Positions 29,100 to 38,187 of a DNA stretch of 64,000 nucleotides are shown here, piece by piece; position 1 is the stretch's first letter; each line of letters begins with the position of its first letter. Below the pieces are notes generated by a model that did not search any database, was not told the DNA's origin, and worked only from the letters and a program-made list of their open reading frames with translations. Made by a program: the position numbers and the translations under genes. The DNA lies in assembly GCA_963695185.1 (NCBI GenBank), contig CAVOGH010000004.1:464245-528244 (forward strand), given 5' to 3'. The DNA comes from an uncultured Gemmatimonadales bacterium (GTDB lineage: Bacteria; Gemmatimonadota; Gemmatimonadetes; Gemmatimonadales; GWC2-71-9).

Positions 29100-29909
29100 A
29101 TGTCGAGAATCATCGCGATCGCGAACCAGAAGGGCGGCGTCGGCAAGACCACCACGGCGGTCAACCTCGCCGCCTCCCTGGCGATCTCCGAGCGAAAGAC
29201 CTTGCTCGTGGATGCCGATCCCCAAGGCAACGCCACCAGCGGGGTGGGGCTTCGCCGCGACCAGATCCGGCTCTCGCTCTACGATGTGCTCATCGAGGGC
29301 CGCCCGTTGGGAGACGCCCTGGTCAACGACGCGACGCTACCGTACCTCGACGTCGTGCCGTCAACGCAGGATTTGGTTGGTGCCGAACTGGAGCTGGTGG
29401 AACGGGCCCATCGCGAGACGGTGATGCGCCGGGCGCTCGACTCCGCCCGCAGCACCCACGAGTTCGTGCTGATCGACTGTCCGCCGTCGCTGGGTCTCAT
29501 CACCCTGAACGTGCTGGCCGCGGCCGACGGCGTCATCATCCCGATTCAGTGCGAGTACTACGCGCTCGAGGGGATCTCCCAGCTGCTCAACACCATCAAA
29601 CTGGTGCAGCAGAACTTCAACGCCTCACTGGCGATTGATGGCGTGCTGCTCACCATGTACGACTCCCGCATCAATCTCTGCCGGCAGGTCGCCGCAGACG
29701 CGAAGGAGTACTTCGGCGCCAGAATGTTCTCCACTCCGATCCCGCGGAACGTGCGGCTGGCCGAGGCGCCGAGCTACGGCAAGCCGATTCTTCTCTACGA
29801 CATCCAATCAGTCGGCGCCAAGAGCTACCTGGCGGTGGCGCAGGAGCTGGTGCGGCGGGCCGAGGTACCCATCACCGGCGAGCCGGTCCTTCCGGAGGTG
29901 CGCCCGTGA
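29100..29909 (+). CDS. parA: Chromosome partitioning ATPase ParA (Soj)
   Basis: MSRIIAIANQKGGVGKTTTAVNLAA (deviant Walker A); 269 aa. Confidence 0.95.
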   Translation: MSRIIAIANQKGGVGKTTTAVNLAASLAISERKTLLVDADPQGNATSGVGLRRDQIRLSLYDVLIEGRPLGDALVNDATLPYLDVVPSTQDLVGAELELVERAHRETVMRRALDSARSTHEFVLIDCPPSLGLITLNVLAAADGVIIPIQCEYYALEGISQLLNTIKLVQQNFNASLAIDGVLLTMYDSRINLCRQVAADAKEYFGARMFSTPIPRNVRLAEAPSYGKPILLYDIQSVGAKSYLAVAQELVRRAEVPITGEPVLPEVRP

Positions 29910-30778
29910 GCGAATCGAAGCGGCTTGGCCGAGGGCTGGAGGCGCTCCTCGGACCGACCTCCCGGTCCGACGCGGAGGCCCAGGGCGCCCTCCTCGAGGT
30001 GCCGGTGTCGGCCATCCGGCCCAACCCCTACCAGCCGCGAACCCGGCTCGACGAGCCTCACTTCCAGGAGCTGGTCGCCTCCCTGGAGACGACCGGGCTG
30101 CTGCAGCCGATCGTGCTGCGCAAGCACCTGGACGGATACCAGCTCATCGCCGGCGAGCGGCGCTGGCGGGCGGCGCTCAAGCTGGGCTGGCAGAAGATTC
30201 CCGCCATCATCAAGGAAGCGGACGACCGGACGCTGCTGACGCTGGCGCTGGTGGAGAACCTGCAGCGGGACAACCTCTCAGCCATCGAAGAAGCGAACAG
30301 CTACCACCGGCTGATCGAGGAGTTCGACCTCTCGCAAGCGGAGGTGGCCCGGCTGGTCGGTCGCGACCGCTCCACCGTGGCCAACGCGCTCCGTCTTCTC
30401 AAGCTGCCCGCCGAGGTCACGGAAATGGTGGACGACGGGCGGCTCTCGGAAGGTCATGCCCGCGCCCTGCTGGGGCTCGGCGAGCGGACCCACATGACCC
30501 GCCTGGCCAAGGACGCCGCCACCCACGGGTGGTCGGTGCGCGACCTCGAGGCCAAGGTCCGCAGCGGCCGGCCGGCCTCCAAGCGCGGACTTACCCGCGG
30601 CCGGCAACTCTCGCCGGAGCACCGCCGTATCGAGGACGCCCTCCGGCAGCGACTCGGCACCGATGTCCGGGTGACCGCGCGGCGGCGGGGGCGCGGTCAG
30701 GTGGCGGTCAGCTACTACTCCGACGACGATCTCGCCCGTGTCCTCGAGCTGATCCTGGGTGAGCCCTTCACGGGATGA
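29906..30778 (+). CDS. parB: Chromosome partitioning protein ParB (Spo0J)
   Basis: GTG overlaps the parA stop. GLLQPIVLR, the GERRWRAA arginine patch and an HTH (SQAEVARLVGRDRSTVANALRLL). Confidence 0.95.
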   Translation: MSESKRLGRGLEALLGPTSRSDAEAQGALLEVPVSAIRPNPYQPRTRLDEPHFQELVASLETTGLLQPIVLRKHLDGYQLIAGERRWRAALKLGWQKIPAIIKEADDRTLLTLALVENLQRDNLSAIEEANSYHRLIEEFDLSQAEVARLVGRDRSTVANALRLLKLPAEVTEMVDDGRLSEGHARALLGLGERTHMTRLAKDAATHGWSVRDLEAKVRSGRPASKRGLTRGRQLSPEHRRIEDALRQRLGTDVRVTARRRGRGQVAVSYYSDDDLARVLELILGEPFTG

Positions 30779-31584
30779 CCGGTACGGCCAGACGGCATGT
30801 CACCCTGGTGCTGCACGCCGACGGCGCTCTGGCGTCGCGCACCTGGCGTCTGCCGCTGTGGCTGCTCCGGGTGCTGGGGTTCGGCGTGGTGGTCATCCTT
30901 GGCCTGATGGTTCTTGGGATGGCCACGTACCTGCCGGTCGCCGTTGAGGCCGCACGGGTTCCCGGCCTGGTGCGGGAGGTGGATCGCCTGGAAACCGAGA
31001 ACCGGCGCATCGGCGAACTGGTGGCGGCCCTGGACAGCGCGGAACGGCGTTACGAACGGATCCGGGCCATGCTGGGCGCTGACCTGGTGCCCGACCCGGT
31101 GTCGGTTGGCTCCACCCTGCCGGTCGCCCCGCCCGTCTCGGCCCGGATCATCGGGGTGCGCAAGGGGTACGAATCCGGCGCTTCGGTCCCCAGCCATTGG
31201 CCCCTGGATGAGGCTGGGTACGTCACCCGCGGCCAGGCGGAGGCGGGCGGAACCGGCAATACCGGGGGTGAGGCCCATCCCGGCCTGGACATTGCAATCC
31301 CAGTCGGCCGTCCGGTACGAGCCTCGGGTGGCGGCACCGTCCTCGAGGCCGGGGAACAGGCAGAATACGGCACCTACGTGCTGCTGCAGCACCCCGAGGG
31401 TTATCAGACCCTGTACGGCCATCTCTCCCGTTTGACGGTCCGACCGGGGAAGCCGGTCGAGGCCGGCGACGTGCTGGGGCTGTCGGGCAATACCGGGCGC
31501 TCGAGTGCGCCTCATCTTCATTTCGAAGTCCGGCAGTCGGGCGTGCCGGTTGACCCGCGAACCATCCTGAAGGAGCAGAGCTGA
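30775..31584 (+). CDS. M23/LytM-family peptidoglycan metalloendopeptidase with N-terminal TM helix and coiled coil
   Basis: ATGA overlap with parB. HPGLDIA, YGHLS and SSAPHLHFEV are the HxxxD/HxH M23 motifs. Confidence 0.9.
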   Translation: MTGTARRHVTLVLHADGALASRTWRLPLWLLRVLGFGVVVILGLMVLGMATYLPVAVEAARVPGLVREVDRLETENRRIGELVAALDSAERRYERIRAMLGADLVPDPVSVGSTLPVAPPVSARIIGVRKGYESGASVPSHWPLDEAGYVTRGQAEAGGTGNTGGEAHPGLDIAIPVGRPVRASGGGTVLEAGEQAEYGTYVLLQHPEGYQTLYGHLSRLTVRPGKPVEAGDVLGLSGNTGRSSAPHLHFEVRQSGVPVDPRTILKEQS

Positions 31585-32027
31585 TGGCAATCTTCTCCCG
31601 ACCGGCGCAGGCCGGACGCCCCGGTGAGCCCACGCCCCGCCGCACCGAGGGTACCGGCCTGACAATCATCGCCCAGGGGACCACTATCGTCGGCGACATC
31701 GGCAGCGATGCGGTGGTCAAAGTCGAGGGGACTATCCAGGGCAGCGTACGTGCAGGCAGCCAGCTCCTGGTAGCCCACGGGGCGGTCATCCGCGGGGATG
31801 TCTTTGCCGCCGAAATCGTCGTTGGCGGAGAGGTGCACGGCAGCCTGCAAGCCGAGGAGCGGGTGGAGATCCAGGCGGGTGCGCTCATCAACGGAGATAT
31901 TCGTACCCAGCGGATTCACGTGGCCGACGGCGCCCGGGTGAACGGACAGATCAGCATGGAGCCGACGGGCGGACCTGCCTCACTTAGCTCTGACAGGGTG
32001 GTATCGGACACCGCGTTGAAGGTGTAA
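31584..32027 (+). CDS. Bactofilin (DUF583 polymer-forming cytoskeletal protein)
   Basis: The ATG shares one nucleotide with the M23 stop (TGATG). Repetitive beta-helix pattern I.G.I...V.V.G.V.G throughout. Confidence 0.9.
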   Translation: MAIFSRPAQAGRPGEPTPRRTEGTGLTIIAQGTTIVGDIGSDAVVKVEGTIQGSVRAGSQLLVAHGAVIRGDVFAAEIVVGGEVHGSLQAEERVEIQAGALINGDIRTQRIHVADGARVNGQISMEPTGGPASLSSDRVVSDTALKV

Positions 32028-32135
32028 GGCTCCTGGGTTCCCACATTCGTTGAAAAGTGCCTGCAAACTGTGGATAGCAGTACGCCCCGGGCCGTTACGT
32101 TTCGCGCAGTGTCACTATAGTGTCGAGATGATATC

Positions 32136-33113
32136 GTGTTGATGTACAGACTCGCTGCTGCTGCGGTCACGGTGATCGCTATTAGTAGTTGCAGTGACAA
32201 CAACCAAAATGCTGGCTTTCGCGTCGGCCTGGTTACACCGGGTTCCATCGCGGACGCCGCGTGGAATTCAGGCGCCTACAAGGGGTTGGAGTGGATCCGG
32301 GACTCGCTGGGCGCTGCCGTAAGCCACGTGGAAGCGCGCACACCCGGCGACCAGGAAGAGGCCCTGCGTACCTACGCCTCTCAGGGATACGACCTGGTAT
32401 TCGGGCACGGGTTCGAGTTCCAGGGACCGGCTGAGCGAGTGTCGGCTCAGTTCCCCCGAACGGTGTTCATCGTGACCTCGGGCGAGCGGGTGCGAGGCAA
32501 CGTCTCACCGCTGATCTTCAGGCTGCACGAGGCCTCGTACCTTGCCGGTATGGTCGCCGGGGGGATGACCAGGAGCGGGTCGCTCGGATTCATCGGCGGC
32601 ATCGAACTGCCCCCCATCCGGGAGGCCGAAGAAGCCTGGGTGGCCGGTGCCCGGGCGGTGAATCCCGCGGTCACGCCTCGCACCACCTACCTCAACACCT
32701 TCGACGATGTCGCCGCGGGCCGGGAAGCGACGCTGGCGCTGCTGCAAGCGGGGGCGGACATGTTCCACCACAACGCCGATCAGGCCGCGCTCGGCATGTT
32801 CCAGGCGGTGCAGGAGTCGGCCGAAGCCTACGCGTTCGGAGCCAATCTGGATCAGCGAGCCCTGGCGCCCGGACGGGTACCGGGCTCCGCTGTGATTGAC
32901 CTCCCTCGCGCCCTGCTGACGGTGGCGAGAGCGGTGAAAAGCGGCAGCTTCTCCCCGACGGTGGAGTCATTCGGCCTGCGCAGCGGCGTGATTCGCTACG
33001 AGGCCGACTCCGCCATCGATGCTGGCCTGCCGACGGAGCTGCGGCGGCGGGTGGCCGCTGCCCGGGACTCCATCATCGCCGCCGACACCACGTCGGGCGC
33101 CCCCGTGTCATGA
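32136..33113 (+). CDS. BMP-family (PnrA/Med-like) ABC transporter substrate-binding lipoprotein
   Basis: Lipobox AISSC. The GLVTPGSIADAAWN, GFEF and FIGGIE blocks fit the basic-membrane-protein family. Confidence 0.85.
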   Translation: MLMYRLAAAAVTVIAISSCSDNNQNAGFRVGLVTPGSIADAAWNSGAYKGLEWIRDSLGAAVSHVEARTPGDQEEALRTYASQGYDLVFGHGFEFQGPAERVSAQFPRTVFIVTSGERVRGNVSPLIFRLHEASYLAGMVAGGMTRSGSLGFIGGIELPPIREAEEAWVAGARAVNPAVTPRTTYLNTFDDVAAGREATLALLQAGADMFHHNADQAALGMFQAVQESAEAYAFGANLDQRALAPGRVPGSAVIDLPRALLTVARAVKSGSFSPTVESFGLRSGVIRYEADSAIDAGLPTELRRRVAAARDSIIAADTTSGAPVS

Positions 33114-33898
33114 CGGGCGGCGGCGCGTCGCTCGCGACGCTGGTCGAGTACCTCGACCGATACCTCCGCATCCGTGAAGTGCCGGACGAACCGGCCGCCC
33201 TCAACGGAGTACAGGTCGAGAACCGCGGGCAGGTGTCGCGAATCGTGGCGGCGGTAGATGCCACGGAGGCGACCATACAAGGTCTCGGAGAGACCGGCGG
33301 AGCAGCCCTTCTCCTGGTTCATCACGGCCTGTTCTGGGACGGCAACCAGCCGGTAACCGGCCGCCGCTACCGACGGATCAAGGGCCTGCTGGACCGGGAC
33401 GCGGCCCTCTACTCCGCGCACATCCCGCTCGACGTGCACCCTGAGGTCGGCAACAACGCCGTCCTGGCCCGGCGACTCGGCCTCGCCGCAATGGCGGAGT
33501 TCGGAAGCTATCGGGGCATTTCACTGGGAGTCGCGGGAGACGCCCCGAGCGCGCTGCAGCCCCGCGGCGCACTCCAGGCGGCCATAGCACGGGAGCTGGG
33601 GTTGCCCGGCACCGCCGTACGGGTGGTCGCCGGGGGCCCGCCCGAGGTCCACCGCGTCGGGATCATCACTGGTGGAGCCGGCGGCATGATCGCCCAGGCG
33701 CGGGAAGCCGCCTGTGACACCTTCATCACCGGCGAGGGATCGGCCCACCACTTCCACGACGCGATGGAGCTCGGGCTCAATGTCTTCTTCGCCGGCCACT
33801 ATGCCACCGAGACGGTTGGGGTGCAGGCGCTCGCGGCGCACCTGGCCGGACGGTTCGGCCTGCCCTGGGAGTTCCACGATCACCCGACCGGGATGTAG
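33110..33898 (+). CDS. Nif3-like dinuclear metal-centre protein (YbgI/GTP cyclohydrolase 1 type 2 family)
   Basis: LLLVHHGLFW, YSAHIPLDVHPEVGNN and TGEGSAHHF motifs. ATGA overlap with the lipoprotein gene. Confidence 0.9.
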   Translation: MTGGGASLATLVEYLDRYLRIREVPDEPAALNGVQVENRGQVSRIVAAVDATEATIQGLGETGGAALLLVHHGLFWDGNQPVTGRRYRRIKGLLDRDAALYSAHIPLDVHPEVGNNAVLARRLGLAAMAEFGSYRGISLGVAGDAPSALQPRGALQAAIARELGLPGTAVRVVAGGPPEVHRVGIITGGAGGMIAQAREAACDTFITGEGSAHHFHDAMELGLNVFFAGHYATETVGVQALAAHLAGRFGLPWEFHDHPTGM

Positions 33899-33941
33899 CC
33901 GCGGCCGCGTCGAGACCCTCCTCTACCATCCCCGTCTGTTG

Positions 33942-35392
33942 ATGCCCGCGGCACTCGCGCTGAGCCGAATCAGCAAGCGCTTCGGTGCCGTCACCGCCCT
34001 GCAGGACGTGGATTTCGAGCTCGCGCGCGGCGAGATCCACGCCCTCCTCGGAGAGAACGGCGCCGGCAAGTCTACGCTGATGAACATCGCGTTCGGTCTG
34101 GTGCAACCGGACGCCGGCAGCATCACGCTGGACGGCGCGGCGGTCACGCTGAGGCACCCCACCGACGGACGGCGCTACGGCGTCGGCATGGTGCACCAGC
34201 ATTTCACCTCGATCCCGGCGTTCTCGGTGGCGGAGAACGTGGCGCTGGCCGCCGGCTGGCGGCCGGAGCGCAAGGCGGTCATGGCGCGGGTCCGACGGCT
34301 CTCCGAACAGACCGGGCTGGTGCTGGACCCGGCAGCCATCGTCGAGACCCTCTCCGCCGAACTCAAGCAGCGTCTGGAGGTGCTCAAGGCGCTTGCCGCC
34401 GATGCCCGGATCCTGCTGCTCGACGAGCCGTCATCCGTCCTGCCGCCCAGTGAGGTGAACGGGCTGCTGACCATGATTGCCGGGTTTCGGGACCGGGGCA
34501 TCTCCTCCGTCCTCATCACTCACAAGCTCGACGAAGCACTCTCAATTGCGGACCGCGTGACGGTGCTCCGCCGAGGTATGGTGGCTTATTGCGGGCCGGT
34601 ACGGGGACAGAGCGCTACCACGCTGGCCACCTACATGCTGGGCGCGACTCCACCGGGCCGGGGCGGACGCGCGCCTGCCAGCGTGGGGGAGGTGCGCGTC
34701 ACGCTGATGGGTGCCGTGGTGCGACCGCTGGCAGGGGGAGCGGCCTGCGTGAGGCCACCTGCACCGTACGCGGAGGAGAGATCCTCGGCGTGGCCGCCGT
34801 GGAAGGAAGCGGTCAGCGCGAGCTGCTCCGGGCGATTGCCGGCCTGGCGCCGCTTGCCGGCGGCGCACGAACGGTGGCCACCCCGGTGGCCTTCGTTCCG
34901 GAAGACCGGATCAGTGAGGGGCTGATCGGCACCTTCTCGCTGACAGAGAACCTGGTGCTGGCACGGGGACGCGGGGCGGCGTGGATCAACGGTCCGTGGG
35001 TGGACTGGGACGCCGCCCGGCGCCGGGCCGGGGAGCTGATCGCCGAGTTTGCGGTGCACGCAAGCGGTCCGGAAGCGCCGGCGGCGAGTCTGAGCGGGGG
35101 GAACCAGCAGCTGATGCTGGTGGCGGCCGCGCTGGACAAGCAGCCGGCGGTACTCGTGGCCGAAAACCCGACCCGGGGACTCGACCTCCGTGCCACGTCC
35201 GAGATCCACGAGCGCCTGCGCCAAGCGGCCCGGCGCGGGGCGGCGGTCGTGGTTCACCTCGCTGATCTGGATGAACTGCTGGAGGTCGCCAGCCGGATTG
35301 CGGTGCTGTCCAACGGGGTGCTGGCCGAGATGCCAGCGGGTGCCGGCCGGGACCAGATCGGCCGCCAGATGCTCGCGGCGCAAACGGAATGA
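33942..35392 (+). pseudogene. Two-NBD ABC ATPase of the BMP/nucleoside transporter, reading frame broken between the NBDs
   Basis: NBD1 (GENGAGKST, LLLDEPSS) is in ORF 33714..34925. NBD2 (GGEILGVAAVEGSGQREL, LSGGNQQ, VLVAENPTRGLD) is in ORF 34589..35392. The frames cross near the G5 run at 34734-34738. Confidence 0.8.
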
Positions 35393-36486
35393 GCCGGGCC
35401 GCAGGTGGTCCGCTGTTAGCCCGTGCACGCGCCGGCCTGGCACCGGTCGTGTGGGCGCTCGGGGCGCTGGTCATCGGACTGCTGGTGCTGGTGCTGGGCC
35501 TGGCGTTGAGCGGGTACGACGCCCTTGCCGCACTGAGCGCCTTGTGGCGTGGGCCCTTCGGGTCCTTCGACGCCATCCTCTCTGCACTCCTCCCCCGCGC
35601 GATTCCCCTGATCATCATCGGCCTGGGCATCGGCGTCGCCTTCCGCGCCGGCGCGCTTAACATCGGCGCGGAGGGGCAGTTCTACGCCGGGGCGCTGGCT
35701 GCCACCTGGGTGGGCCTGGCCATCGTGCCACTGGCGGGAGATGCGACCGGCGCAGCGGCTAGAATCGCCGCGGTCTCCGCCGTCCTCGGCGCCGCGCTGG
35801 CCGCCGGGCTCCTCTGGGCCGTGGTGCCGGTGATCCTCCGGATCCGTTTCGGGGTGCTCGAGGTGATCAGCACACTGCTGCTCAACTTCGTCGCCGAGGC
35901 GCTGGTGAGCTGGATGGTGCAGGGACCGCTGCAGGAGTCGAAGCACATCTATCCCCAGAGCGATCCGGTGGCGCTGGTGGCCCGCCTGCCCCAGCTGAGT
36001 GGCACCCGGCTGCATCTCGGGTTGGTGATCGCGCTGGCCCTGGCGCTGGCCCTGTGGGTCTTCGAGCGGCGGACTCTGATGGGGTTCCAGCTCCGGGCCA
36101 CCGGGGAGAATCCGCTCGCCGCCCGGGTGACCGGCGGCGTGCGGGTCCGCGGCGTGTTCGCCGGGGCTCTGCTCCTGTCAGGCGGGCTGGCCGGGCTCGC
36201 CGGCGGCATCGAACTATCCGGCACGACCTACGCCCTCTTCCAGAATCTCTCTCCGGGGTACGGCTTCACCGGCATCGCGGTAGCGCTCCTGGCGCGGCTG
36301 CACCCGTTAGGCATCGTGGCCACGGGTCTCCTGTTCGCGGCGCTGGAGGCGGGCGCCAGCGCCATGCAGCGTGAAGCCGGCGTTCCGGCGGTGGCGGTCT
36401 ACATGGTGGAAGCCGCAATGATCATCGCCGTACTGCTGTCGGATGCCTTCCGCCGCCGGGCATCGGTACAGCCCGGGGAGGGATGA
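35389..36486 (+). CDS. ABC transporter permease (BMP/nucleoside type)
   Basis: ATGA overlap with the ATPase. Multi-TM protein with an NIGAEGQ motif typical of this permease family. Confidence 0.85.
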   Translation: MSRAAGGPLLARARAGLAPVVWALGALVIGLLVLVLGLALSGYDALAALSALWRGPFGSFDAILSALLPRAIPLIIIGLGIGVAFRAGALNIGAEGQFYAGALAATWVGLAIVPLAGDATGAAARIAAVSAVLGAALAAGLLWAVVPVILRIRFGVLEVISTLLLNFVAEALVSWMVQGPLQESKHIYPQSDPVALVARLPQLSGTRLHLGLVIALALALALWVFERRTLMGFQLRATGENPLAARVTGGVRVRGVFAGALLLSGGLAGLAGGIELSGTTYALFQNLSPGYGFTGIAVALLARLHPLGIVATGLLFAALEAGASAMQREAGVPAVAVYMVEAAMIIAVLLSDAFRRRASVQPGEG

Positions 36487-36489
36487 CCG

Positions 36490-37398
36490 GTGGACAGCGA
36501 CCTGCTCACCGCTTTCTTTGCCGCCGCAGTACGGGTGGCGACGCCGCTCCTGCTGGCGGCGCTGGGAGAGATGGTCGTCGAGCGCGGCGGGGTGATCAAC
36601 CTCGGCGTCGAGGGCGCGATGCTCGCCGGCGCGCTCGGCGCCGCCCTTGGCGCCACCGCCGGTGGACCCTGGGCCGGGGTCGCGGCGGCGGTGCTCAGCG
36701 GAGTGCTGGTCGCGGCGCTGTTCGCGGTGATCAGCGTGGGCGCGCGGGCAGACCAGATCATCACCGGCACCGCGATCACCCTCGGCTGTATCGGTCTCAC
36801 CGGCGCCATCTACCGGAGTGCGTATGGGCCGGAAGGAGTTGGGCTCAGCCTGCCCACTTTCGCAGTGATGCCGGTTCCGCTGCTGTCACGGATCCCGGTC
36901 ATCGGGCCGGCCATCTTCCAGCAGCCGGTGCTGACCTATGCCGGGCTGCTGGCGGTGCCGCTCCTGTGGTGGCTGGTCTTCCGGACCCGCTGGGGGCTCG
37001 CTCTTCGAGCCGCGGGAGAATCGGCGGAGAAGGCCCGGGCGGCGGGGGTGCGGGTGCTGCGGGTCCGGACGGTTGCAGTGCTGATAGGCGGCGCCTTTGC
37101 GGGCCTGGCCGGTGCCAGCCTGGTGCTGGCGCAGGTGGGTACCTTTGCTGAGAAGATGACCGCCGGCCGCGGCTTCATCGCCATCGCCATCGTGGTGCTG
37201 GGATCGTGGCTGCCGGGGCGGGTGCTGGGGGCGGCGCTCTTCTTCGGGGCGGCGATGGCGCTGCAGTTCCTGCTGCAGTCCTTCCTGCTCAACGTGCCTT
37301 ACCAGCTCTTCCTGATGCTCCCCTACCTGCTGACCCTGGTGGTCCTGGCTGGCGCGGTCCGCCAGGGGCGGGCGCCGGCGGATCTGGGGAGGGGATAA
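36490..37398 (+). CDS. ABC transporter permease (BMP/nucleoside type, second subunit)
   Basis: GTG start 3 nt after the previous stop. NLGVEGAML motif; multi-TM. Confidence 0.85.
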   Translation: MDSDLLTAFFAAAVRVATPLLLAALGEMVVERGGVINLGVEGAMLAGALGAALGATAGGPWAGVAAAVLSGVLVAALFAVISVGARADQIITGTAITLGCIGLTGAIYRSAYGPEGVGLSLPTFAVMPVPLLSRIPVIGPAIFQQPVLTYAGLLAVPLLWWLVFRTRWGLALRAAGESAEKARAAGVRVLRVRTVAVLIGGAFAGLAGASLVLAQVGTFAEKMTAGRGFIAIAIVVLGSWLPGRVLGAALFFGAAMALQFLLQSFLLNVPYQLFLMLPYLLTLVVLAGAVRQGRAPADLGRG

Positions 37399-37400
37399 CA

Positions 37401-37428
37401 GGCGCTTGGGCGCTTGGGCGATTCGGGG
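37401..37428. repeat. Octamer-periodic repeat GGCGCTTG-GGCGCTTG-GGCGATTC
   Basis: Read directly in the 36-nt gap between the convergent permease and plsC genes. Confidence 0.8.
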
Positions 37429-37434
37429 GGATGG

Positions 37435-38187
37435 TCAGCCGGCCACCATCCGCGCTTTCTCCTCCGCGATGATGGCGCGGACTTTCGCTTTCAAGGCGGG
37501 CACATCGGCGCTGGTCAGGCCCGTCGTCTCCACCGGGGCGAGGACCCGCGCCTCGGCGATCGAGTGCCCGATCCGCCAGTCGTGCTTGCCGAGCGCGAAG
37601 CGGGTGCCGTGCACCACGATCGGCAGGATCGGCACGCCGGCGTCAATCGCCAGGCGGAACGCGCCGTCCTTGAAGGGGAGCATCTCCCCCGTGGGCGACC
37701 TGGTTCCCTCCGGAAAGATCACCACCGAGATGTGGCCTTCCAGAATGGTCCGGCAGCGTCGCATCGCCTTGGCCGCGCTCTTGGCAGTCCCCCGCTCCAC
37801 CGGTACGTCTCCCGCGAACCGCATGTTCCAGCCGAGAATCGGAATGCGGAGAATCTCGACCTTGGAGAGCCACTTCATCTCCCATGGGAGGTGGCTGAGC
37901 AGCAGGATGTCCACGAACGACTCGTGGTTGGACACCACCACGTAGGGATGCCGGGGATTGGCAGGCATCTGGCCGCCCACCCGGAAGCGCCACAGCGGAT
38001 TCAGCGTTGCCGTGACCACGCCGATCTTCCGGAACCAGAGCCCCACCCAGTAGCGACCGGGGTCAAACGGCGCGGTCACCAGGCGGATCAGCGCCAGCGT
38101 GGGCAACCACACCAGGTTGCACAGGCCGAGGAGAAGCCAGACCCAGAGTGACACTGCGGTGATGTAAGCCCGGGAGAACAGCCTCAC
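37435..38187 (-). CDS. plsC: 1-acyl-sn-glycerol-3-phosphate acyltransferase
   Basis: NHESFVD (Hx4D) and FPEGTRS motifs, with an N-terminal TM segment. Confidence 0.9.
   Translation of the reverse strand: MRLFSRAYITAVSLWVWLLLGLCNLVWLPTLALIRLVTAPFDPGRYWVGLWFRKIGVVTATLNPLWRFRVGGQMPANPRHPYVVVSNHESFVDILLLSHLPWEMKWLSKVEILRIPILGWNMRFAGDVPVERGTAKSAAKAMRRCRTILEGHISVVIFPEGTRSPTGEMLPFKDGAFRLAIDAGVPILPIVVHGTRFALGKHDWRIGHSIAEARVLAPVETTGLTSADVPALKAKVRAIIAEEKARMVAG

Noticed and set aside
29090-29100. TGTTATAAT extended -10-like element immediately before parA.
   Set aside because: The hexamer overlaps the parA ATG itself, so a transcript started from it would lack the start codon. The canonical ParA N-terminus (MSRIIAIANQKGGVGKTT) confirms the ATG at 29100.
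32069-32077. DnaA-box-like TGTGGATAG (8 of 9 positions match TGTGGATAA) downstream of the par operon, possibly oriC.
   Set aside because: It is a single imperfect box with no cluster and no adjacent AT-rich unwinding element, which is insufficient to call an origin.
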